A stretch of DNA of 64,000 nt, taken from positions 49,677 through 113,676 of the forward strand of contig JBBDXR010000008.1 of the NCBI GenBank assembly GCA_040902205.1, written 5' to 3'. Origin of the DNA: Anaerolineales bacterium (GTDB lineage Bacteria > Chloroflexota > Anaerolineae > Anaerolineales > UBA11579). This document shows positions 47,903 to 56,344 of the stretch, one piece after another. The notes under the pieces were generated by a model, which made no database searches, was not told the DNA's origin, and was given only the letters and a program-made list of their open reading frames with translations. The number at the start of each line of letters is the position of its first letter. Position 1 is the first letter of the stretch. The translations under genes were made by a program, and so were the position numbers.

Positions 47903-48628
47903 ATGCGCCCTGAAGGAAGTGAAGTCTCCATTGTTGTCCCAACCTACAATGAAAAGGAACATATCGCCGCGCTGATTGGCGACCTGTATACCAAGATCGC
48001 CGCGCCCCTCGAAGTGATCGTAGTGGATGACGCCTCCCCAGATGGGACGGCCGATGTGGTGGCCGGCCTTAACCATCCAAATCTGCAACTGATCCGCCGC
48101 AAAGCGCGCGGCCTTGCGGCGGCGTTCCATCGTGGCATCCTGGAGGCCAGTGGCGACATCATTGGCTGGATGGACGCCGATGCAACGATGCCTCCCGAGG
48201 TGATGAATAAGCTTATCGCTCAGCTTGACGAATACCACATTGCCGTAGGTTCGCGTTACGTAGAAGGGGGAAGCGATAACCGCCACCCGCTACGCACGCT
48301 GGCCAGCCGGGCCATCAATTGGTTGGCGCGCATGGTACTGGGTGGGAATATCCGAGACTACGATAGCGGCTTCATCGCCATTCGCAGAGAAGTTTTCGAC
48401 TATGTCACGCTGATCCCGTTTGGCTACGGCGATTACTTCATTGAGTTCATCTATGACGCCAAGCGGGCAGGCCTAAAGATCAAGGAAGTCGGTTACGCCT
48501 TTCGGGATCGCAGTGTGGGGATTTCCAAATCTGCGCCTTCGGTCTTCCGTTTCTTTCTTACCGGCCTGCGCTATGTACTGCGCATCTTTAGCCTACGGCT
48601 ACGTTTTTTGACAGGACGCGATAGGTGA
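47903..48628 (+). CDS. Polyprenol-phosphate glycosyltransferase (Dpm1/Ppm1-like GT2)
   Basis: VSIVVPTYNEKEHI, VIVVDDASPDGTADVV, DADATMPPE and GSRYVEGG are the pattern of dolichyl/polyprenyl-phosphate mannose or glucose synthases. Confidence 0.8.
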   Translation: MRPEGSEVSIVVPTYNEKEHIAALIGDLYTKIAAPLEVIVVDDASPDGTADVVAGLNHPNLQLIRRKARGLAAAFHRGILEASGDIIGWMDADATMPPEVMNKLIAQLDEYHIAVGSRYVEGGSDNRHPLRTLASRAINWLARMVLGGNIRDYDSGFIAIRREVFDYVTLIPFGYGDYFIEFIYDAKRAGLKIKEVGYAFRDRSVGISKSAPSVFRFFLTGLRYVLRIFSLRLRFLTGRDR

Positions 48629-48746
48629 TGCGCTGGCTGCTCAACCCAGGTCAGCTGGATGCCTTTCTGTACACGGTAACCAACGTGGAGATCGTGCCGG
48701 TTGAAGCGGAACTGGCAACCAACTGCCAGAGCTAACCCAAATCTAG

Positions 48747-49484
48747 ATGCGATCTGAAGAATACGAGCATTTGTCCAAAGCCGAGAATCGCCTATGGTGG
48801 TTCCGCGCCATGCGCCTTTTTTTGGCGCGCCTACTGCCGCCGCAGCCGCATGGCGGCGCATCGGTCCTCGATATTGGGTGCGGCACTGGCGGATTGTTGG
48901 CGTCACTTTCCTCCTCGGCATATCGACCCATAGGGCTTGACTTCTCCGCTGTGGCGCTGGGTTATGCCGGCGAAAAAACCAACCGTGGCTTGGTGCGCGC
49001 TTCCGCCAACCACATCCCATTCAAATCTGCATTTGACCTGGTGATCTCCGTGGATGTTCTGGAAGTGGGCAGCGTGGACCCGGAAAAATTAGCAGCCGGC
49101 GCGTTGAGGGCGCTAAAGCCTGGCGGCCACGGCTTGTTTGTGATGGCTGCACACCAATGGCTGCTTAGCGAACATGACCGTGCGGTTAATTCTGTGCGAA
49201 GATATAACCTGAGCCAGATGAGATCGCTGTTCAGCGCATCGGGCGCCCGGATCCTGCGAGCTACCTACTTATTTTTCCTGGTGTTTCCGTTAGTTGCGCT
49301 GCGCAAGCTGATCAACCCCAGCCGGAAAGAGGACAACCGGAACCCGGTGTCCGATGTCAAGATCCCTCCCGCAGTTGTTAATGGGCCGCTATACGGTATA
49401 TGCTGGCTGGAAGCCCAGCTCCTGTCTCGGTTAAACATGCCCATCGGCTCTTCAGTAGCTGTATTGGTGAAAAAGGATGGCTGA
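48747..49484 (+). CDS. Class I SAM-dependent methyltransferase
   Basis: AENRLWWFRAMR N-terminal motif and motif I VLDIGCGTGGLL, followed by LKPGGHGLF. Confidence 0.85.
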   Translation: MRSEEYEHLSKAENRLWWFRAMRLFLARLLPPQPHGGASVLDIGCGTGGLLASLSSSAYRPIGLDFSAVALGYAGEKTNRGLVRASANHIPFKSAFDLVISVDVLEVGSVDPEKLAAGALRALKPGGHGLFVMAAHQWLLSEHDRAVNSVRRYNLSQMRSLFSASGARILRATYLFFLVFPLVALRKLINPSRKEDNRNPVSDVKIPPAVVNGPLYGICWLEAQLLSRLNMPIGSSVAVLVKKDG

Positions 49485-50091
49485 ATTAACCTGGCTGGAT
49501 CGCCTGGAAGCCACCCGACTGTATCAGCGGTTGCGCTACGCGATGAACCGCGGCTTGGTGGCCTTCTTTAGGCGGAATGTTTTTGCCGCTCGTTCGGGCC
49601 TGCGGGTGGCCGAAATGGCTTGTGGCAGCGGCTACGGCGCCCATTTATTGGCACAAGAGGAAAGCGTGGCGTTGAGCCTCGCCGCCGATCTCAATCTTGA
49701 GGATTATTCCCAGGCCAATATTCAGGCGTACCAGGCATCTTTCGTACTTCTGGATCTCTTTCGTCCGGCCCTGGCAAGCGGATCACTGGACCTGGTCTGG
49801 AACAGCTCATCCATCGAGGAACTAGACAACCCGCAGCAGGCTGTTGCAGCTATGACTCGACTTGCCAGACCTGGCGGCTGGGTGTTTGTGGGGGTGCCGA
49901 ATAAATACGGGCCAGCCGCATGGTTGCGGCTTATCCCCAACCGAAGGACGAGAGCCTGGCTAGGGCGGGTGTATAGCCGCCCTGATTTGCGGAAGCTGTT
50001 AGCCTCCGCCGGACTGGAAATCCAGGCGGAGATGAGCTATTTAGGTGGAGTTTTCATTGGGATGCTGGGCAGAAAACCCGATACTATATAG
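49477..50091 (+). CDS. Class I SAM-dependent methyltransferase
   Basis: Motif I VAEMACGSGYGA, then DLVWNSSSIEEL and ARPGGWVFVGVPN. 8-nt overlap with the upstream MT. Confidence 0.8.
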   Translation: MAELTWLDRLEATRLYQRLRYAMNRGLVAFFRRNVFAARSGLRVAEMACGSGYGAHLLAQEESVALSLAADLNLEDYSQANIQAYQASFVLLDLFRPALASGSLDLVWNSSSIEELDNPQQAVAAMTRLARPGGWVFVGVPNKYGPAAWLRLIPNRRTRAWLGRVYSRPDLRKLLASAGLEIQAEMSYLGGVFIGMLGRKPDTI

Positions 50092-50129
50092 TGCGATAAG
50101 CTCAAATAATTATAGAAAGTATCAAAACA

Positions 50130-50894
50130 ATGAGCCAATTGGGCGATTTCAAGCGCGAAATCAGCGAAGCAGCCGAGACCTCTAGGAATACATTTTTCAC
50201 ATGGTTTAACGCCGCGGCCAATGCGGATGCCTCTTTCGTTTCAGGAATGTGGGATTTTGGTGTGCATATCGCTTACCCGATGGCGAAATATCTCAAGGTA
50301 CCCGACCGCCTGGTCTGTCTTGAAATTGGGCACGGAGGAGGGAGATTGTTGGCTGCGGCAGCCCAGAGCTTTGGGAAAGCTATTGGTATAGATATTCACG
50401 AGAACAATGAATTAGTAAAGAAGGAATTGGCCGCGAGGGGCGTCAAAAATGTTGAGTTGTTTTCGTCCGATGGTATGACATTTCCGCTGCCTGATTCAAG
50501 CATAGATTTCGTTTATTCCTTTATTGTCCTTCAGCATGTGGGGAAAATTGAGGTTTTTAGATCATATCTGGCAGATTCATTGCGCCTGCTGAAACCTGGA
50601 GGAGTCGGGATTCTATACTTCGGGCGAAAGGTCAAATACTCGGCCAACAAGAAGTCGCCATTGCTTTTTAAGCTTGACTCAATACTGGAGGGAATTTGGC
50701 TGCCAGAAGGCTATCTAGAATTTTCGGCCGAAGTGAATCATACGAATCTGATAGTCACACGGGCCTATGCTAAAAGACTAGCGCAATCCATAGGGTATAA
50801 AGTTCTAGGATTTACTGTTTCATATAAGAAAGTCCCTGACGGATTTGGCAGTTTTGGTGGCCAGCATGGCATTATGCTTAGGAAACCCTTGTAG
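50130..50894 (+). CDS. Class I SAM-dependent methyltransferase (AT-richer gene)
   Basis: Motif I CLEIGHGGGRLL, then GIDIHEN, FVYSFIVLQHV and LKPGGVGILYFG. Confidence 0.8.
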   Translation: MSQLGDFKREISEAAETSRNTFFTWFNAAANADASFVSGMWDFGVHIAYPMAKYLKVPDRLVCLEIGHGGGRLLAAAAQSFGKAIGIDIHENNELVKKELAARGVKNVELFSSDGMTFPLPDSSIDFVYSFIVLQHVGKIEVFRSYLADSLRLLKPGGVGILYFGRKVKYSANKKSPLLFKLDSILEGIWLPEGYLEFSAEVNHTNLIVTRAYAKRLAQSIGYKVLGFTVSYKKVPDGFGSFGGQHGIMLRKPL

Positions 50895-50900
50895 GTACGG

Positions 50901-51314
50901 ATGTCCATCGAAGTAATTGAATATAACGGCATCAAATACGCTGAGATCATCTGGGCGGACACGAAGGTGGAGAAAACCACCTTCTTTTCACCGCCCGATT
51001 CTTCATTCCAATTTGGCCTATTGGCCCATACAGCTGGCTTTGTGGAGCCGCCGCACTACCACAAGCCGGTGACGCGCCCGATCAGTGACTTGCAGCAGAT
51101 GTTCATGGTGCAGCGGGGCGTAGTGGTCGTTGATCTATACAGCGACTCGGGTGATTTGCTGCGGGAGATCGAGATGCATTCGGGTGATGCTATCGTGCTT
51201 ATCCACGGCGTGCACGCCATCCGTGTGCTTGAGGACATGCAATGCATCAGCGTCAAACAGGGTCCATACCTGGGCGAGGAACAAGATAAGGTCTTTGTGG
51301 ATGTGAAGAAATGA
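50901..51314 (+). CDS. Cupin-fold protein (possible NDP-sugar ketoisomerase/epimerase)
   Basis: 137 aa with cupin motifs (PPHYHKPV...GDAIVLIHGVHAIRV). The position directly upstream of a DegT aminotransferase (ATGA overlap) suggests an FdtA/Tyl1a-like role, but the motif match is weak. Confidence 0.5.
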   Translation: MSIEVIEYNGIKYAEIIWADTKVEKTTFFSPPDSSFQFGLLAHTAGFVEPPHYHKPVTRPISDLQQMFMVQRGVVVVDLYSDSGDLLREIEMHSGDAIVLIHGVHAIRVLEDMQCISVKQGPYLGEEQDKVFVDVKK

Positions 51315-52426
51315 TCCCTGTATTTGAACCCGTCATCAGCGAAGACGAGATCGCCATGGTGGTCGATGCCCTGCGCACGGGACAGGTTTCGGGCACCTAT
51401 GGCAACTATATCGAGGACTTTGAGAGTGAATTTGCAGCCTATGTAGGCTGCAAATTCGGCGTTGCGGTGAATAGCGGCAGCTCGGCACTGCACTTGGCGG
51501 TGGCCGCGCTGGAGCTGCAACGCGGCGACGAGGTTTTGGTTAGCGCCAGCACCAATATTGCTACGGCACTGGCCGCGCTGCACAACGGCGCTATCCCCGT
51601 CCCAGTCGATTCCGAGCCAGTCACATGGAACCTGGATCTCGACCTGATCGATGGTCTGGTAACACCCAGGACAAAGGCGATCATCCCCGTCCATTTGTAT
51701 GGCCACCCCGTGGACATGGACCGTTTGATGGACATCGCGGATAGGCACAAACTGATCGTTATCGAGGATTGCGCCGAATCGCATGGAGCCACAGTGCGCG
51801 GCCGCATGACAGGCGGCTTCGGCCACATGGCCTGTTTTAGTTTTTACGCCAACAAAGTGATCACCACCGGTGAAGGCGGCATGATCACGACGAACGACGC
51901 GGCCTTTGCCGAGCGCCTGCGTTTGCTGCGCAACTTGGCTTTCACCGAGCCGCGCTTCCGCCACGAGATGGCCGGCTTCAATTTTCGCATGCCTGGTTTT
52001 GTGGCCGCCCTGGGCCTGGCTCAATTCCGGAAGATCGACAAGATTGTCGAAGAGAAACGGCGCGTGGCTCACAGCTACAGCCAGAAGTTGAAAGATGTGC
52101 CGGGCCTGCAGCTGCCGGCCGAATTGGATTGGGCCAAGAATGTTTATTGGATGTACGGTATTGCGCTGAAGCCGGAGTTTGGCACCAGCAGAGACAAGCT
52201 CACCGAAGCTCTGGGGGAAAGAGGTATCCAGACGCGCACCTTCTTCTGCCCTATGAACCAGCAGCCTGTACTACAAAAAGTGGAGGGATTTCGAGAAGTA
52301 CCCTGTCCCGTTGCCGATTCGCTCTGGGAAACCGGGCTCTACCTACCTTCCACCTGGAACCTGGAAGAGGAGAAGATCACATTCATAGCGGACGCCATTC
52401 GCCAGGCACCAAACTGGGAGAAGTGA
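51311..52426 (+). CDS. DegT/DnrJ/EryC1/StrS-family PLP-dependent NDP-sugar aminotransferase
   Basis: VAVNSGSSALHLA, DCAESHGA and FSFYANKVITTGEGGMI (PLP lysine). Confidence 0.9.
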   Translation: MIPVFEPVISEDEIAMVVDALRTGQVSGTYGNYIEDFESEFAAYVGCKFGVAVNSGSSALHLAVAALELQRGDEVLVSASTNIATALAALHNGAIPVPVDSEPVTWNLDLDLIDGLVTPRTKAIIPVHLYGHPVDMDRLMDIADRHKLIVIEDCAESHGATVRGRMTGGFGHMACFSFYANKVITTGEGGMITTNDAAFAERLRLLRNLAFTEPRFRHEMAGFNFRMPGFVAALGLAQFRKIDKIVEEKRRVAHSYSQKLKDVPGLQLPAELDWAKNVYWMYGIALKPEFGTSRDKLTEALGERGIQTRTFFCPMNQQPVLQKVEGFREVPCPVADSLWETGLYLPSTWNLEEEKITFIADAIRQAPNWEK

Positions 52427-52432
52427 CCGCGG

Positions 52433-53200
52433 ATGAGCTCCTACACCGGCAAGCATGCCGAGTATTATGATGTCTTCTATCAAGATAAGCCTTATGCCAA
52501 GGAGGCAGCCTTCGTTCACCAAGCCCTCCAGAAACATGCGAACGGGAACTACCAGCGCCTGCTGGAGCTAGCCTGCGGCACCGGGGCGCACGCCTTCGAG
52601 TTAGAGAAGTTGGGGTACGAGATCGTGGCTACGGATTATTCCGAAGATCTCTTAAAAGTGGCGAGGCGCAAGGCGAAGGAAAGGAAATCGGCCGTAGATT
52701 TCCGTCTCCAGGACATGCGAAGCCTTTCGATACCCGATGGACCTTTCGATGCTGTTTATTGTTTGTTTGATTCGATCGGGTACGTGCAAACGAACGCAGC
52801 GATCCGGGCGGTGCTGAATGGCGTGCACGCCAATCTGCGTGCCGGCGGGCTGTTCCTGTTCGAATTCTGGCACGCCGCGGCCATGTTAAGGAGCTTTGAG
52901 TCCTCTCGAATGAAGCGCTGGAATACAGTGGACGGCGAATTGATCCGCAAATCCAGCACGCGCCTGGATGTGGCTAGACAATTGGCCGAAGTCACGTACG
53001 ATATCGATGAGGTCACCAGCAACGGACATTCCGCGCATTTGCAGGAAACGCAGGTCAATCGTTATTTCCTGGTTCAGGAAATGGCTGCGTTTTTGGAGAG
53101 TTGCGATTTCGAACCTCTGGAGTTCCTGCCTGCCTATGAGGGGAAAGCAGAGATCACTGAAAATACCTGGCACATCCTGGCGATCGCAAGGCGGCCATAA
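52433..53200 (+). CDS. SAM-dependent methyltransferase, TylM1/DesVI-like (NDP-aminosugar N,N-dimethyltransferase type)
   Basis: AEYYDVFYQDKPYAKEAAFV...LLELACGTGAHAFEL...ATDYSEDLLKVARRKA...RLQDMRSL aligns by eye with the N-terminal half of TylM1/DesVI-family enzymes. Confidence 0.7.
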   Translation: MSSYTGKHAEYYDVFYQDKPYAKEAAFVHQALQKHANGNYQRLLELACGTGAHAFELEKLGYEIVATDYSEDLLKVARRKAKERKSAVDFRLQDMRSLSIPDGPFDAVYCLFDSIGYVQTNAAIRAVLNGVHANLRAGGLFLFEFWHAAAMLRSFESSRMKRWNTVDGELIRKSSTRLDVARQLAEVTYDIDEVTSNGHSAHLQETQVNRYFLVQEMAAFLESCDFEPLEFLPAYEGKAEITENTWHILAIARRP

Positions 53201-53203
53201 CCC

Positions 53204-54382
53204 ATGAAGATCGGCGTATACCTGGATAGCTATCGGCCGGAGGATGGCGGCGCCTACACCATGCAGGCCGACATCCTTGGCGCCCTCTGCAAACTTGCTG
53301 ACAAGAGCTCTCACACTTTTGTACTTGTGTCTGCTCCAGACAAAGAGATAGAGACGCAGGTCAGGAACGCGGGATTGAGCTGGTTGCCTTATCGTGGGCT
53401 GAACTTGGGCGAGAAGATCAGGGGCTCATTGGTGCGCGGCTTCCCCAGCCTGCGGGGCCGCCTGCGCAGGCAAAGCGCAATCGAGTTCCAGCTTCGCAAA
53501 GTTGGCGTGGAATTTGTGTGGTTCCTGGGCCCGCGGCCCTTGGAAATAGACCTCCCCTACCTGACTATCGTGCTGGATCTACAGCACCGCAAACAGCCTT
53601 GGTTCCCCGAAGTGAGCGAAAACATTGAGTGGGATACCCGCGAACGACGGCTGACGCCTTTCTTGAGGCGGGCCGCGGCCATTATCGCCGGCACGCAAGC
53701 CGGGAAAGAAGAGGTGATCCAGTTTCTCCAAGTGCCCGCCGAGCGCATCCATATCCTGCCCCATCCCACACCGTCATACGCCCTGGAAGCAAAGCCGTCC
53801 AAGCTGAATATTGCCGGATTGCAGCCAGGTTACCTCTTCTACCCGGCCCAGTTTTGGGCACATAAAAACCACGCCAATCTGCTGCTGGCGCTGAAGCAAT
53901 TGCGTGACAAGGGTTTACAGATCCCGTTGGTCCTGGCCGGATCCGATTACGGAAACAAAGAGCATGTCGAAAACATGATCACTGGGCTGAAATTGACTGA
54001 TCAGGTACGGCTGTTGGGTTTCGTCGACGCAACGCAACTGGTTGCTCTGTATCAAAACGCGCTGGCATTGACCTATGTGAGCTTTTTCGGGCCCGAAAAT
54101 CTGCCGCCGCTCGAGGCTTTTGCCCTGGGCTGCCCTGTGATCGCCGCAAAGGTAGACGGCGCCGAAGAGCAATTCGGAGATGCGGCGCTGCTGGTGGACC
54201 CGGCTAGCCCGGAAGAAATAGCCGCTGCTACCCGGAACATGTATGAAGATAAGGGGCTGCGCGCCAAATTGACCGCCCGGGGTAAAAAGCGGGCCGGGGA
54301 ATGGACTGCCGAAGATTTCGTGCGCGGCGTTTTCGAAATCCTGGACCGCTTCGAGCCTATCCGGCGTACCTGGAAAAGCTGA
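53204..54382 (+). CDS. Glycosyltransferase, GT4/GT1-like (GT-B)
   Basis: FYPAQFWAHKNH and VSFFGPENLPPLEAFALGCPVIAAKVDGAEEQFG. Confidence 0.82.
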   Translation: MKIGVYLDSYRPEDGGAYTMQADILGALCKLADKSSHTFVLVSAPDKEIETQVRNAGLSWLPYRGLNLGEKIRGSLVRGFPSLRGRLRRQSAIEFQLRKVGVEFVWFLGPRPLEIDLPYLTIVLDLQHRKQPWFPEVSENIEWDTRERRLTPFLRRAAAIIAGTQAGKEEVIQFLQVPAERIHILPHPTPSYALEAKPSKLNIAGLQPGYLFYPAQFWAHKNHANLLLALKQLRDKGLQIPLVLAGSDYGNKEHVENMITGLKLTDQVRLLGFVDATQLVALYQNALALTYVSFFGPENLPPLEAFALGCPVIAAKVDGAEEQFGDAALLVDPASPEEIAAATRNMYEDKGLRAKLTARGKKRAGEWTAEDFVRGVFEILDRFEPIRRTWKS

Positions 54383-54416
54383 TGCTTTTCCTTGCCCCGC
54401 GGCATAATCCCTGCTG

Positions 54417-55367
54417 ATGGCCTTTGCTCCTTCCCTAAGCGTCCTGGCCTCGGTATACCGGGGCGAAGAATACCTGCCCGGTTTCTTCGAGAACCTGGGC
54501 GCTCAAACCGTGTTCCCCGAGCTCGAATTGGTCCTGGTGCTCAACGACCCGAGCCCACGCGAGAAAACTCTGGCGAGGGATTTCACGGCCAGGCACCCGG
54601 ACCAGGTGCAGATACTTTTTTCTCCCAAACTCGAGACTCTCGGGGCTTCGTGGAACCGCGCCTGGCTGGCGGCGAGGGCTCCTTACTTAGCCATCTGGAA
54701 CGTGGATGACCGGCGGGTTATCGATTCGCTTCAGCGCCAGTTGGCGGCATTGGAGGAAAACCCGGAGGCGATGCTGTGCTACGGGGATTACGTGTCAGTC
54801 GGGCGATACGGCGAAGAAGAAGGACCGCGCCGCCATACTCCGCCTTATGGCGTGGGTCATTTCCGGCGCGCCTTGGCCCAAGGCGGGGCGTTCTGGTTAT
54901 TGCGCCGAAATGTTTCAGAGCGGATCGGTTATTTCGATGAGCAGTTTCGCATCGCGGCCGATATGGAATTCTCTTTTCGCCTAGCGGCGAAGGGCCTGCC
55001 TATGGTCAGGGCCCAAGGATTGCTGGGGTTTTTTACCAATGCAGCGCAAGGCTTGAGTACGCGCGACGGAGTTCAAGCCTCCGCCCCCGAGCGAACGGCC
55101 ATTCAACTGCGCTACGGAGTTTTTGACAAGGTGCGCAGAGAATTCCTGAATCCTGCCTCGGCGTATCGCCTGGATGCCATCAAAATCTCGGGGGACTGGA
55201 TCCCACTGACCAGCTACCTTCCCGAGCACGAAGCCTACCTACGGATCAGGCGGCCGCTTTGGATGCTGGGATCTATGCGTAATGCGATGCGGCGCCTGTT
55301 GCAGCGGCTGGGGCTTCTTCCGGCGCTGCATAAGGCTCAAGATAAGTACTTAAAGCGGGAAATCTAA
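54417..55367 (+). CDS. Glycosyltransferase family 2
   Basis: LSVLASVYRGEEYLPGFFENL...LVLVLNDPSP and an IWNVDDRR acidic motif. Confidence 0.75.
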   Translation: MAFAPSLSVLASVYRGEEYLPGFFENLGAQTVFPELELVLVLNDPSPREKTLARDFTARHPDQVQILFSPKLETLGASWNRAWLAARAPYLAIWNVDDRRVIDSLQRQLAALEENPEAMLCYGDYVSVGRYGEEEGPRRHTPPYGVGHFRRALAQGGAFWLLRRNVSERIGYFDEQFRIAADMEFSFRLAAKGLPMVRAQGLLGFFTNAAQGLSTRDGVQASAPERTAIQLRYGVFDKVRREFLNPASAYRLDAIKISGDWIPLTSYLPEHEAYLRIRRPLWMLGSMRNAMRRLLQRLGLLPALHKAQDKYLKREI

Positions 55368-56323
55368 TGACGCCAACCCCCGCTATCAGCGTGGTCATAC
55401 CCGCCCGTAACAGGGCTGGCTATATCCTCGAATCGATCGAGAGCGTTTTTGCGCAGACGTTCAAGGATTACGAGATCGTGATTATCGACGATGGATCCAC
55501 GGATGAGACCAAGAAGGTGTTGGCGCCGCTGATCGAAGATAGAAGGATCCGCTATGCGTTCCAGGAGCACAAGGGCGTATCCGCCGCCAGGAATCACGGG
55601 GTCCGCCTGGCGCACGCCCCGTACATTGCTTTTCTTGATTCGGACGATCTGTTTCTGCCCACCAAGTTGGAAAAGCAGATGGCGGTGTTTGAACAGAACC
55701 CCGATCTCGGCTTCGTGCACTGCTCGTTTTCCAAATTCGACGATCAAGGCAACGATCTCGGCATGCGGGATACGACCCGCTTCCAAGGCCGGCTCTATCC
55801 TCATATCCTCCTGGAGTGGTCTGTGTTGATGGCCATGCCGTGTATCCTGGTAAAGACGGCGGTGATGAAAGAGGTCGGAGGATTTGACGAGAGCATTCCC
55901 TGGGCTGAAGACCTCGACCTGTGGCGGCGCATTGCGCGCCATTACTCCATCGGCGTGGTTCCCGAGTCCCTGGTGAAGGTTCGCGTGCATGCCGCCAGCG
56001 CTTCTTATTCGCGGGGCGGCGGCGCACGCTGGTTTGAGAATTACATGGAAAAGGCCTTCGCCGAGGACCCCGGTCTTAGCCCAAGGTTCAAACGCTATGC
56101 CCTGGCGCGCATGCATGAGAAGCTTGGCCAAAATCTTCTGGGCGAAGGCGGCGCCGCGGAAATGAGGCAGGCCCGCCAGCACAGTCTGAAAGCATTGGCG
56201 GCCTGGCCCTTCCAGGCAGGAGCGCTAGTCACGCTATTCTCCTCCTTCTTACCACGGGAAGTGCGGCACGGTTTTGCGGCCTGGCTGCGGCGTCTGCGCT
56301 ATCCGAAGATGAGCAGCGAATAG
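55367..56323 (+). CDS. Glycosyltransferase family 2
   Basis: ISVVIPARNRAGYILESIESVFAQTFKDYEIVIIDDGSTDET and FLDSDD. 1-nt TAATG overlap with the upstream gene. Confidence 0.87.
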   Translation: MTPTPAISVVIPARNRAGYILESIESVFAQTFKDYEIVIIDDGSTDETKKVLAPLIEDRRIRYAFQEHKGVSAARNHGVRLAHAPYIAFLDSDDLFLPTKLEKQMAVFEQNPDLGFVHCSFSKFDDQGNDLGMRDTTRFQGRLYPHILLEWSVLMAMPCILVKTAVMKEVGGFDESIPWAEDLDLWRRIARHYSIGVVPESLVKVRVHAASASYSRGGGARWFENYMEKAFAEDPGLSPRFKRYALARMHEKLGQNLLGEGGAAEMRQARQHSLKALAAWPFQAGALVTLFSSFLPREVRHGFAAWLRRLRYPKMSSE

Positions 56324-56344
56324 CTATAATCGACCCGCTTTCAC

